DNA from: Macrostomum lignano
Taxonomy: Eukaryota
Direction: 5' to 3'
Assembly (NCBI GenBank): GCA_002269645.1
Contig: NIVC01003291.1
Coordinates: 42,254-106,253, forward strand
Length of the DNA stretch: 64,000 nucleotides
This document shows positions 22,687 to 36,100 of the stretch, in pieces; the first letter of the stretch is position 1; the number at the start of each line of letters is the position of its first letter. The position numbers were made by a program, and so were the translations under genes. The notes below the pieces were generated by a model, which saw only the letters and a program-made list of their open reading frames with translations, did not search any database and was not told where the DNA came from.

Positions 22687-23454
22687 AAGCTTGAATAACG
22701 GGCACATTAGCAAGGAGTAGCCAAGGAACATGCAGTCCCATCTGTTATTGATCCCAAGTGTGAATTGTTAGCCTAATCTTCTCTTGTTAGCTTTCCATTC
22801 CGGCGTCACTTTAGGCGTCCATGTCCGGTCGCGCCGCGCAGCATTTGTCCTGAACAGCGCGGGCCGCGGCTCGTGTTTTTCTAAAACCTTCAAAATCGCG
22901 GCCTCCTTCCCCGGTGTCTAAAAATAGAACATTCTGTTTGGCACACTTTCTCAAGATACCGCATTGCGCTGGAAAACAGCCGGCAGTTGTTTGTTGTTTA
23001 CGCCGAAAAAATTGTTGCAATGCAGAATTTTTAGCTTCTCATCTCTCAGTGCTGGATAAGCCTTGTTTACACCGAGCTTAGTTTTATATATAGCTAGTTT
23101 GTTATTGGACGCCTGATGCCTGGATTTCAGGCTTTGCAGAAAAAGTGCATCCGCTCGAGCCGGACGAGGTCGAGTTTCAGCTGGGACACAGAAATTGATG
23201 CCGTGCTTGCTTGCACCAATCCCTTTTATCAGGCTCTGTCTCTAGGGCGTTAGCCTCTTATATCGCAATTAATAAGGATAATATCGTTGCTCTCGAAAAT
23301 CTTTTTAACTGTTGAACATCGTCTGTCTAAATAAAGGAAATTTACCAGTTTCAGTAATTGCTCGTTTTTCTCTGTATCTCTGATAGTTTTTGTAACTAAA
23401 TTTATCGCTTAATCAGGTTGTTGACTTCTTACTATGAATTTGCTATGAATTGCT

Positions 23455-25372
23455 AAAGAGTGATGTGTGAGGTAGCTAACAGTGTAGTGTGAGGTTGCTA
23501 AGAGTGATATGTGAGGTAGCTAAGAGTGATGTGAGGTTGCTAAGAGTGATGTGTGAGGTTGCTAAGAGTGATATGTGAGGTAGCTAAGGGTGATATGTGA
23601 GGTAGCTAAGGGTGATGTGTGAGGTAGCTAAGGGTGATATGTGAGGTGGCTAAGAGTGATGTGTGAGGTTGCTAAGAGTGATATGTGAGGTAGCTAAGAG
23701 TGATGTGTGAGGTAGCTAAGGGTGATATGTGAGGTAGCTAAGAGTGATGTGTGAGGTAGCTAAGAGTGATATGTGAGGTAGCTAAGAGTGATGTGTGAGG
23801 TAGCTAAGGGTGATATGTGAGGTAGCTAAGAGTGATGTGTGAGGTAGCTAAGGGTGATATGTGAGGTAGCTAAGAGTGATGTGTGAGGTTGCTAAGAGTG
23901 ATATGTGAGGTAGCTAAGAGTGATGTGTGAGGTAGCTAAGGGTGATATGTGAGGTAGCTAAGAGTGATGTCTGAGGTAGCTAAGAGTGATATGTGAGGTA
24001 GCTAAGAGTGATGTGTGAGGTAGCTAAGGGTGATATGTGAGGTAGCTAATAGTGATGTGTGAAGTTGCTAAGAGTGATATGTGAGGTAGCTAAGAGTGAT
24101 GTGTGAGGTAGCTAAGGGTGATATGTGAGGTAGCTAATAGTGATGTGTGAAGTTGCTAAGAGTGATATGTGAGGTAGCTAAGAGTGATGTGTGAGGTAGC
24201 TAAGAGTGATGTGTAAGGTATCTAAGAGATGTGTGAGGTTGCTAATAGTGATGTGTGAGGTAGCTAAGAGTGATGTGTGAGGTAGCTAAGAGTGATGTCT
24301 GAGGTAGCTAAGAGTGATGTGTAAGGTATCTAAGAGATGTGTGAGGTTGCTAATAGTGATGTGTGAGGTAGCTAAGAGTGATGTGTGAGGTTGCTAAGAG
24401 TGATGTGTGAGGTAGCTAAGAGTGATGTGTAAGGTATCTAAGAGATGTGTGAGGTTGCTAATAGTGATGTGTGAGGTAGCTAAGGGTGATATGTGAGGTA
24501 GCTAAGAGTGATGTCTGAGGTAGCTAAGAGTGATGTGTAAGGTATCTAAGAGATGTGTGAGGTTGCTAAGAGTGATGTGTGAGGTAGCTAAGAGTGATGT
24601 GTGAGGTTGCTAAGAGTGATGTGTGAGGTTGCTAATAGTGATGTGTGAGGTTGCTAAGAGTGATGTGTGAGGTAGCTAAGAGTGATGTGTGAGGTTGCTA
24701 AGAGTGATGTGTGAGGTTGCTAATAGTGATGTGTGAGGTAGCTAAGAGTGATGTGTGAGGTTGCTAAGAGTGATGTGTGAGGTTGCTAAGAGTGTTGTGT
24801 GAGGTAGCTAAGGGAGAGTGATGTGTGAGGTAGCTAAGGGAGAGTGATGTGTGAGGTAGCTAAGGGAGAGTGATGTGTGAGGTAGCTAAGGGAGAGTGAT
24901 GTGTGAGGTAGCTAAGGGAGAGTGATGTGTGAGGTAGCTAAGGGTGTTGTGTGAGGTAGCTAACAGTGATGAGTGAGGTAGCTAACAGTGATGTGTGAGG
25001 TAGCTAACAGTGATGTGTGAGGTAGCTAAGGGTGATATGTGAGGTAGCTAAGAGTGTTGTGTGAGGTAGCTAAGGGAGAGTGATGTGTGAGGTAGCTAAG
25101 GGAGAGTGATGTGTGAGGTAGCTAAGGGAGAGGGTTGTGTGAGGTAGCTAAGAGTGATGTGTGAGGTAGCTAAGAGTGATATGTGAGGTAGCTAAGAGTG
25201 TTGTGTGAGGTAGCTAAGGGAGAGTGATGTGTGAGGTAGCTAAGGGAGAGTGATGTGTGAGGTAGCTAAGGGAGAGTGATTTGTGAGATAGCTAAGGGAG
25301 AGTGATGTGTGAGGTAGCTAAGGAAGAGTGTTGCATGAGATAGCTTAGGAAGAGTGATGTGTGAGGTAGCTA
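23455..25372. repeat. 22/25-bp minisatellite (GTGAGGTAGCTAAGAGTGATGT)n, left arm
   Basis: Continues on the other side of the retrotransposon (30766-32045) with the same higher-order variants. Confidence 0.95.
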
Positions 25373-25476
25373 CTTACTTACTACTTACTTACTTACTTAC
25401 TACTGACGGGGGGCGCAGGCGCCGCGAATAGGCCGCGAGGCCCCTATCGCAACCCCAAGGTAAAAGAGCACAAGGA

Positions 25477-28400
25477 TTAGCCTTGGGGGTGCGCCCAGTC
25501 CCCGCCAGTAGTCGGCAGGTCCGCAGTGGAGGCATCGGCGACCCTCATCCGGCCGGAGTCCCGGACGAAGGCGCGGAGGTCTCGGATATTGTCCGCGGTG
25601 GTCAGCTCGTCCATCCGCTGGGGGTGGCCGAGGTATTTGTGCCGCGCCTTGTTGAAGTAAGGGCAGAAGGTGACGTGATGCTCCGCGGTCTCCTCTCCTA
25701 TGCCACAGAAGGGACAGGTGGGAGGGCAACCGGTTTGCAACGATATATGTCTCTGGAAGAATCCGTGGCCGGTTAGGACCATGCACATCTCCCTGAGGTC
25801 GGTTCTGTTAAGCGAAATCAAATAATCAGAGACTTTCCTGTTCAGGTTAGGCATGGCAGAGCGGCTCTGCCTGTACTCGGTGCAGCTGTTCCAGTGGAGC
25901 TGGTGCTGCTGATGGAGCCACCTGTTGATATGGCGGGTGACTTGCGACCTGGGGGTGGGTAGCCTCATCAGACGGTGGTTGCCGTCTGGGTTGCTGCCCT
26001 CCTTGGCGAGAGAGTCCGCGAGCTCGTTGCCCAGGATGTTGCTGTGACCAGGTGTCCAGATAATTCTAATCCTGTTAAGGACTGAGAGAGATTGCACACT
26101 GCGGTGGCATTGAGATACTGTAGCAGCGGAGATATTCTCAGTGGTTAAGGCCTTAATAGCAGCTTGGCTATCAGTGTAGAAATTAATGTCAAAATTATTA
26201 ATGTTCGCCTGAAACAGTTGCTGGGCACACTGCTCAATGGCGCAAATTTCAGCTTGGAAAACTGAGGTGTTCTCACCGAGGTGCAGACTTTCCTGGAGAA
26301 GCATCTTACCCTCGTGGAAAATGGCAATACCCGCTCCAGCGCGGCCGTTGAACAGCGAGCCGTCGGTGAAGCAGTGAATGCCCTGGCTGCGCCGGTTCAC
26401 ACCGACATCCAGCGGAATGTTGTCTCGGCCAGGGATGGCGGTCTTGAAGCCCCTCCTGATGTTGAGGGCGGGAGGTCGACTATCCACATTGCCCAGGTCC
26501 ATGTGGATGTTGTTAAGGTCGCGGCGGACAAAGTCCATATGCGGGATTAATGTTTTCATTGGCATAAAGCCAGAGGGCGCGTTATTTAACGTTTTATCTC
26601 TGATAAGCCGGGAGGCAGACTTCATAGCCTCCGCCCTAATAAATAGGTGAAGCGGAGGTAGGTTAAGGATAGTGTTCAGCCCCTCGTAAGGGGTGGACGG
26701 GTACGCACCTGTGATGGCACGGCAAATGCTGCCCTGAAGCTGGTACAGCCGCTGACGGGCGGCCTTCTGCTCCAGCACGCTAGTCCAGATGAGACTCGCG
26801 TATGTGATACTGGGCCGGATGATGCCGGTATAAATCCAACGGACCGTTCTAGGCGAGAGGCCCCAAGTCGGCCCGATGGCTCTGCGCAGCTGGGCAAAGC
26901 AGCGTTTTGCCCGACCGATGACGTTATCAAGGTGCTTCGTCCAGCGCAGGTCATGCGTTAGCGTCACACCGAGGTATTTGACCTCCTTCTTGAAGGGGAT
27001 GTTTCTGCCATAGACAGTGAGGTTTTTCATCTCCCATTACGGCGCTTGGTGAAAACGACAGCGACAGTCTTAGTGACGCTGATTTTTAGGCCATGCTGTG
27101 TAGCCCAGTCGGCCGCCTTGTCGGCGAATTGCTGCATCAGGTTGCGCAGAGTGGCGGGGTCGGGTCCGCTGACGACCGCGGCAACGTCATCGGCGTAGCC
27201 CGCCCTGGTGATACTGCTGGGAATGTCAGCGGTTAGAAGTTCGTCCATGACGAGATTCCAGAGAAGTGGAGTTAGCACGCCACCTTGCGGGCCGCCTTTC
27301 ATCACCGCCCGGGTGAGGGTAACGCCCATAAGTGTGGATGTCACAAACCTTTTGCGGATCATAAAATAAATCCAGCGAACAATGCTGTGTCTTACATTCC
27401 TGCGGGAAAGAGAATTTCTGAAGGAGCGGAAGAGGACATTGTCAAATGCTCCTTCGAAGTCAACGAACAACCCGCAAGCGAGTTGTTTGCTAAGGATGGC
27501 ACTCTCAATTTTGGAGGTAATGGCGTGGAGAGCATGCTCAGTCGTCCTCCCAGGCTGGAAGGCGTACTGGTACTTACTGACAGGGTCGGAGCGCAGGTCG
27601 CACTCTCGAAGCCTCCACAGGATGAGCCTCTCCATCAGCTTAACACAAAAGGAAGTGAGGCTGATGGGCCGGAAGGATTTCACGTTGGTGTAGTCACCCT
27701 TAGCAGGTTTCGGGATGAACACGACTCTGGACATTCTCCAGATTGTGGGAATGTAACCTGTGGTATAACAGTCAACAAGCAATTTAGAGAAAGAATCAGC
27801 AAAGTTTTGCAGCTTTAGCGCCTCCTGCAGGATACAGGGGGCGATATTGTCAGGGCCAGACGATTTATACGGTTTAAAAGAATTTGCTGCCAGCTGGAGT
27901 AGCTGGGGGTGGCGCACTGCTGGAAAAGCTTGTGATCACAAGGCCTGTGGTCATCGACCACGTACTCCGGTTCGTCAACCTGCGGAAAGCAGGTGGAGAA
28001 AAGAAGATTTAGCGAACCTTCGGCACTGGTAGTGTAGTTACCATCCAGGTGCAGAAGGGAGTTACACTGAGCTAGCGTGTCGTGCCTGAGAGTCCTGACC
28101 AGCCGGGCTGTGGGGTGTTGCCCTTCCAGGCCGGCGCAGTAGGCTTTCCAGGTGGTCTTCTTAGCCCTTCGGATAGCACTTTTGTACATCCTCAGAGCAG
28201 AGTGGTAGTTCTCCCAATCCTCTGGGGTATTCGAGCCGTTTGCGAGGCGTTGCAGTCGGCGGGTGTTTTTCTTCATGCGAGTGAGCTCTTGACTCCACCA
28301 AGGAGAGTATTTCTTCCTGCAAAACAGCTTAGGGGCGTTAGCGCGTATGGCGGTGTTTAGGATCTCAACGAGGGAGTTGCACCGATGCTCAATGCCAGGG

Positions 28401-29292
28401 AGATCCTCGCTGGAGTCCGGTAAGTTGGCTTCGGTCAGGAGTTTTAGCAGGTCTCTTCGAAAACCTGTCCAGTCGGCCTTTTTCAAATTAAGGCGGTCCC
28501 GGTTCTCATGACGGGCTCCGACGGAGCTGATGCTGTACTGAATGTACGAGTGGTCGGAAAGCGATGGGAGGTCATCCCTAACCAGCCAGCTGTGGACCTG
28601 ATTGAGGGCGTTGTTGGAGACGAGAGTGAGGTCGATAACCTCACGCCGATTAGAGACAATAAATGTGGGTTTGCTGCCTCTGTTGCAAATGTGTAACGAG
28701 GAGGAGTTAATGAAATCAATTAGTAAGTCACCGCGCCTGTTAGTATCGCTACTAGACCAGGCAGTGTTGTGGGCGTTAGCATCGCAGCTAACGATAAGCT
28801 TCCGATCCTGGAGATTACAGAAGTCCGCCAGCTCCTGCAGGAGGGGGGGAGGGACGTCCTCCTGAATGTCCAGGTAAGCGGAAACGAAGGTCAAGTCAAA
28901 GACTGAGAAAGTACACATGTCTTTAGAGCAAAACATTGGCATAATAGTGGCCGGGAGGTCGTTTTTGACGAGGGCGATAGCTCTGGGGGTGTCGTTCGCG
29001 CAGAGGTACAGAACCTGATAGCCTGGCGGCAGGCAGGTCGGCTTCCCCTTGCGGGTATACGGTTCCTGAATAAGGTAGATGTCAACTTCCTTGTTGGCAA
29101 AGGTGCCTGAAAGGTTGCTAGATGCTGCAAGGGCGTGGTGCAGGTTGATCTGAATAATGTGCAGGTTAACAGGTTGGTTCGCCGGCGGCGGATTATTTAT
29201 TTGGTTGCTGGTGGCAGTGTCATCATTGGGCTGGCCGTTAAGGTTCGCCCTCAGCGCCCCGCTCCTAGTTTGGCACGGGGTTGGGAACGGCA

Positions 29293-29293
<1 letters not shown>
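25477..29293 (-). CDS. Retrotransposon ORF2: AP endonuclease, reverse transcriptase, RNase H, C-terminal zinc finger (split by two 1-bp deletions)
   Basis: APE motifs IIQINL, LIQEPY, SCDANAH, IDLTL, SDHSYI. RT motifs [57 protein letters not shown]. RNase H motifs [33 protein letters not shown]. Zinc finger CPFC-x8-H-x4-C. Frameshifts near 27906-27910 and 27038-27039. Confidence 0.92.
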
Positions 29294-30306
<1,013 letters not shown>

Positions 30307-30765
30307 CTACCCTCTGCCACGGTAAACAGCAGAGAAGCTTTGGGTTGCCGTCTTATCCCAGGATTGCTCCCAGGCGAGGCTCCGGCAGGCCCCCGGTCCA
30401 CACTCTGCAAGATCAGGGGGCGGGAGGCCGGCTGCGGGCTTGGGACACAGGCGCCAGGTCGAGTTGACAGCCGACGCCCGAGCCCTCCCCCACAAGAGCG
30501 GCCCTCGAGAACCCGTGTGGTACCAGTTGCAACTAAGGGCTGTCGATGGGTAGTTGGCGCTTAGCCAGCAGCCAACTACTTAGCAGCCACCTGCCCCGCA
30601 AAAAAAGCAGCAGGGGGGATCCGTCCCCCACCAGCAGACCAAGACGAGGAAGCTAGCCGCTTCCACGCCAGGCCAGAACGAAAAGGAGGGGGAAGAGCCT
30701 CCTCGAAAAACGAAAAGCTGGCGGATGTCACAGAGTCCCTCGGTTTAAGTTGCCGTTTGCCCCCC

Positions 30766-32045
30766 GTGAGGTAGCTAAGGGAGAGTGATGTGTGAGGTAG
30801 CTAAGGGAGAGTGATGTGTGAGGTAGCTAAGGGAGAGTGGTGTGTGAGGTAGCTAAGGGAGAGTGATGTGTGAGGTAGCTAAGGGAGAGTGGTGTGTGAG
30901 GTAGCTAAGGGAGAGTGATGTGTGAGGTAGCTAAGGGAGAGTGATGTGTGAGGTAGCTAAGGGAGAGTGATGTGTGAGGTAGCTAAGGGAGAGTGATGTG
31001 TGAGGTAGCTAAGGGAGAGTGATGTGTGAGGTAGCTAAGGGTGATATGTGAGGTAGCTAAGAGTGATGTGTGAGGTAGCTAAGAGTGATGTCTGAGGTAG
31101 CTAAGAGTGATGTGTAAGGTATCTAAGAGATGTGTGAGGTTGCTAATAGTGATGTGTGAGGTAGCTAAGAGTGATGTGTGAGGTTGCTAAGAGTGATGTG
31201 TGAGGTAGCTAAGAGTGATGTGTAAGGTATCTAAGAGATGTGTGAGGTTGCTAATAGTGATGTGTGAGGTAGCTAAGGGTGATATGTGAGGTAGCTAAGA
31301 GTGATGTCTGAGGTAGCTAAGAGTGATGTGTAAGGTATCTAAGAGATGTGTGAGGTTGCTAATAGTGATGTGTGAGGTAGCTAAGAGTGATGTGTGAGGT
31401 TGCTAAGAGTGATGTGTGAGGTTGCTAATAGTGATGTGTGAGGTAGCTAAGAGTGATGTGTGAGGTTGCTAAGAGTGATGTGTGAGGTAGCTAAGGGAGA
31501 GTGATGTGTGAGGTAGCTAAGGGAGAGTGATGTGTGAGGTAGCTAAGGGAGAGTGATGTGTGAGGTAGCTAAGGGAGAGTGATGTGTGAGGTAGCTAAGG
31601 GAGAGTGATGTGTGAGGTAGCTAAGGGAGAGTGATGTGTGAGGTAGCTAAGGGAGAGTGATGTGTGAGGTAGCTAAGGGAGAGTGATGTGTGAGGTAGCT
31701 AAGGGAGAGTGATGTGTGAGGTAGCTAAGGGAGAGTGATGTGTGAGGTAGCTAAGGGAGAGTGATGTGTGAGGTAGCTAAGGGAGAGTGATGTGTGAGGT
31801 AGCTAAGGGAGAGTGATGTGTGAGGTAGCTAAGGGAGAGTGATGTGTGAGGTAGCTAAGGGAGAGTGATGTGTGAGGTAGCTAAGGGAGAGTGATGTGTG
31901 AGGTAGCTAAGGGTGATATGTGAGGTAGCTAAGAGTGATGTGTGAGGTAGCTAAGGGAGAGTGGTGTGTGAGGTAGCTAAGGGAGAGTGATGTGTGAGGT
32001 AGCTAAGGGAGAGTGGTGTGTGAGGTCGCTAAGAGTGACGTGAGG
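30766..32045. repeat. 22/25-bp minisatellite, right arm
   Basis: Same unit as 23455-25372. Confidence 0.95.
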
Positions 32046-33199
32046 TACATGTAAGTAGAATAAGTGATGCATGAGGTATCGGTGCCAAATGCATGTAATA
32101 TATAGAATAAAAAGGCAAGGAGTTGCTGACTTTCCTAACCAAGGAATATTAGATCAGCTAATTTTATTTGTACAATGCTGCACTCGCGTGGATTTGTTAT
32201 TATCAATAGCGTGTAAATTAGCACTGAACACGGGGAGTTAAAAGCAACACAGGAGTATAGCAGCGAGCACAAAGGTCCTATGAGGTGCGATTCCCTAGTG
32301 GAGACTTTCTCGCATATTTACCATGAATATGTCAACTACCGATATGTTGAGTATGTTTAGTTACTTAGGAATGGAAAATATAATAAAGCGCTAAATTGAA
32401 GTCTAAGCTCGTTGGGTTTTTTGTTTGTTTAAAGAATAAAATCATTCGCCTTGGAATGCACGAAACAGAATTACAAAAAAATGGAAACAACACGCACTGA
32501 TAGGACTAACTTGCAGGATTCCAGTGGAGGGAGGGCAGCACACAAGAACAAGGACGACACAATGACAGTTTATAGCCTGATTGCACACTATGGCCTGGTT
32601 GAACGAGTGCTATGACCTTCAAATGTATAAATGAATAATAATGATAAAAAAGTTTGCAAAAACAACGTGACATGGCCTAAAGCTGCGAGCTTGTAGAATA
32701 ATGACACAAAGACTAGAGGGTAAAGTTAGCAACAAAGAAGATAGGACTATTAAAATAATCGCTATGATGGCGGGGATGCCCTGGAGGGGGGAAGATTCTC
32801 CAGACATTTGATGAGGGCCGCTGTACACCCATTTGCTTGTGTACCGGTCTAATGAGATTTTCTCGCAGAAGTTTGTCTACTTGAAACTTTCCTGGCCGAG
32901 GTTTTGCTGTCAATATTTGGCATTTGAAAAACCTGTTATTTTAGGGCCTAGAATCATTCTTGCATCATTTTTATAATTCTCTGGTAGGAGGCAGCATAAG
33001 CAAATTTAAAAGGGCGCCAATCTCGGCGGAAAAACTTCGTCGCGGAAAAATTTCCGCAGAATGGCCGGGAATGGCGAATGAGTCATTAGAGGACCGAGTG
33101 TATCATGCAGTCAGTGGGTGTCCATCCCGTGACCCCAGCCTGGTCATTGGTAGACAGAGTGTCTCAGTCAGTGGGTGTCCAATGCAGGTGTCCACTCGG

Positions 33200-36100
33200 T
33201 CAGGCCTCCGGTCCTTGCAGAGTCGGTGGCGAAGGTCTATTGTCGCCGCTGCCGCTGCCGCTGGCGCTGGCGCTGAAGTCCGCGGCGATCTGAGACCCGG
33301 CGGAGAGCCGGCGGTGCTGGCCGGCAGCGAAGTCAAGCTTGGCCCGCTTCTCCCTGGCCCAGAGGCTCGTGGCCTCCTCGGAATTCGCGTCCGAGTCCGG
33401 CGGCTCTCTGGGCGGGAGCGAGCGGCTGCGGTTGCCAGTGGGTGCGGACAGAGCAGTCTGGTCTGTCTGTTCCAATTTGTCTGTCTGACCTGGTCTGTCT
33501 GTCTGACCTGATCTGTCTGTCTGACCTGATCTGTCTGTCTGACCTGATCTGTCTGTCTGACCTGATCTGTCTGTCTGACCTGATTTGTCTGTCTGACCTG
33601 ATCTGTCTGTCTGACCTGATCTGTCTGTCTGACCTGATCTGTCTGTCTGACCTGATCTGTCTGTTCCGATTTGTCTGTCCTGAATCGAAATTCGCAACTC
33701 TCAGATTGCCAGCCACAACTCCCAGATTGCCAGCCCCAACTCTCAGATTGCCAGCCCCAACTCTCAGATTGCCAGCCCCAACTCTCAGATTGCCAGCCCC
33801 AACTCCCAGATTGCCAGCCCCAACTCTCAGATTGCCAGCCCCAACTCTCAGATTGCCAGCCCCAACTCTCAGATTGCCAGCCCCAACTCTCAGATTGCCA
33901 GCCCCAACTCTCAGATTGCCAGCCCCAACTCTCAGATTGCCAGCCCCAACTCTCAGATTGCTAGCCCCAACTCTCAGATTGCCAGCCCCAACTCTCAGAT
34001 TGCCAGCCCCAACTCTCAGATTGCCAGCCCCAACTCTCAGATTGCTAGCCACAACTCTCAGATTGCCAGCCACAACTCTCAGATTGCCAGCCCCAACTCT
34101 CAGATTGCCAGCCCCAACTCTCAGATTGCCAGCCCCAACTCTCAGATTGCCAGCCCCAACTCTCAGATTGCTAGCCACAACTCTCAGATTGCTAGCCACA
34201 ACTCTCAGATTGCCAGCCCCAACTCCCAGATTGCCAGCCCCAACTCTCAGATTGCCAGCCCCAACTCTCAGATTGCCAGCCCCAACTCTCAGATTGCCAG
34301 CCCCAACTCTCAGATTGCCAGCCCCAACTCTCAGATTGCCAGCCACAACTCTCAGATTGCCAGCCCCAACTCTCAGATTGCTAGCCACAACTCCCAGATT
34401 GACAGCGCTGTGAAAAGCGCGAACGGGCAATGCTACTATGAGTACACTAAACGGGAAGTAATTCAGAGTTTAAACTCCTTTGTGCCCTACTTATAGCTCA
34501 ATGCTATTTATACCACTAAGAGCAAAAATTTACAATCAATCATATCGGTGGTAAACAGCTCACTTGAGTTCCTGTTTGTACTGCATAGACACCTCTTCCT
34601 TGTCCACCAGACTGCTGTCGACCTGAAATTTAGGTGCAAAATTAAACAGATCAAGCATCTTTTCAATCTGACTTCTAACTTGAACTTTGGCTGGCAACTC
34701 ACATCGGCCGTCTGACTGCCGCCGCACCCGGCCAGAGTCGCCGGGGACAGGGACCGCTGGCGTTGGATGGCCGCGGACGTCTCCGAATGGGACGAGCCGG
34801 AGCTGTTATGGAATGTACAGGTTGGGTAGTTTGCCAAAGGCTGAGAGGCGTATTGGTATCTGAGATTCTAATCCTTTTCCCTTTTACATCCGCAGCGTCG
34901 CTAAGTTTATCAAGTCCTTGGCTGTGTACTTCATAGCTGTGTACATTATAACTGTATACATCATAGCTGTGTACACCATAGCTGTGTACACCATAGCTGT
35001 GTACATCATAACTGTGTAAATTATAGCTGTGTACATCATAGCTGTGTACACCATAGCTGTGTACACCATAGCTGTGTACACCATAGCTGTGTACACCATA
35101 GCTGTGTACATCATACCTGTGTGTAAATAATATCTGTGTACACCATAGCTGTGTACACCATAGCTGTGTACATCATAGATGTGTACATCATACATGTAGC
35201 TGTGAACATAATAGCTGTGTACATCATAGCTGTGTACACCATAGCTGTGTACAAATCATATCTGTGTACATCATAGAAGTGTACATCATAGCAGCTGTGT
35301 ACTCACTGCAAAACCCCCGGTCCTCGCTGCAGGCGCCGCCTGTGAAATTCGGAATCGTCCACTGTCCAAACTGCGCCTTTGACGTTTTCCACCCGAGTGA
35401 AGCACTTGTGCAGGGACAGGTTATGCCGCACGGCGTTCTGTGGGGAGGGTTTAAAGTACAAAAATATTTTAATAACTGCATTGGAAAGTCCCAGCTATAT
35501 AAAACTCTGCCATAGCATGTAAGCGCAGAATTTTTCATTTCATTCCACTTTCTGCATCTCAAGCGTCATATTCCATCACTCTATCACGAAAAGGCCTGAC
35601 AGTCTCCGTTGCTGTTACGTGCAATGGGGCAGCCAATCCATCCAATATGATATTAGTTACACTGTTGGCTCCCTGTCTCAAAATACCTGGGATATCGTGT
35701 CTCAAAGTGACTGGGTGAAGGAGTGACTGGGTGAAGGAGTGAATGAGTGAAGGTGTGACTGAGTGAAGGAGTGACTGGGTGAAGGTGTGACTGAGTAAAG
35801 GAGTGACTGAGTAAAGGAGTGACTGAGTAAAGGAGTGACTGAGTAAAGGAGTGACTGAGTGAAGGAGTGACTGAGTGAAGGAGTGACTGGGTGAAGGAGT
35901 GACTGGGTGAAGGAGTGACTGGGTGAAGGAGTGACTGAGTGAAGGAGTGACTGGGTGAAGGAGTGACTGAGTGAAGGAGTGAAGGAGTGACTGAGTGAAG
36001 GAGTGATTGGGTGAAGGAGTGAATGAGTAAAGGAGTGAATGAGTGAAGGTGTGACTGAGTGAAGGAGTGACTGGGTGAAGGTGTGACTGAGTGAAGGAGT

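Noticed and set aside
21292-23070. Four TGTTTAC forkhead motifs downstream of FoxP as an autoregulatory enhancer
   Set aside because: The same motif recurs throughout the non-repetitive DNA of the window; enrichment is not demonstrable by eye.
15510-25372. CRISPR-like appearance of the regular repeats
   Set aside because: Head-to-tail units with no unique spacers, in a eukaryotic intron context, with no cas genes.
27027-27030. ATGA overlap as a second programmed translational coupling in ORF2
   Set aside because: It falls inside the RT domain. A single A insertion restores a continuous RT, so an indel is more parsimonious.
33333-34430. 365-aa and 323-aa ORFs (VGAGNLR / LPAPTLR repeats)
   Set aside because: Products of the 18- and 21-bp arrays (unit lengths are multiples of 3) within a FoxP intron.
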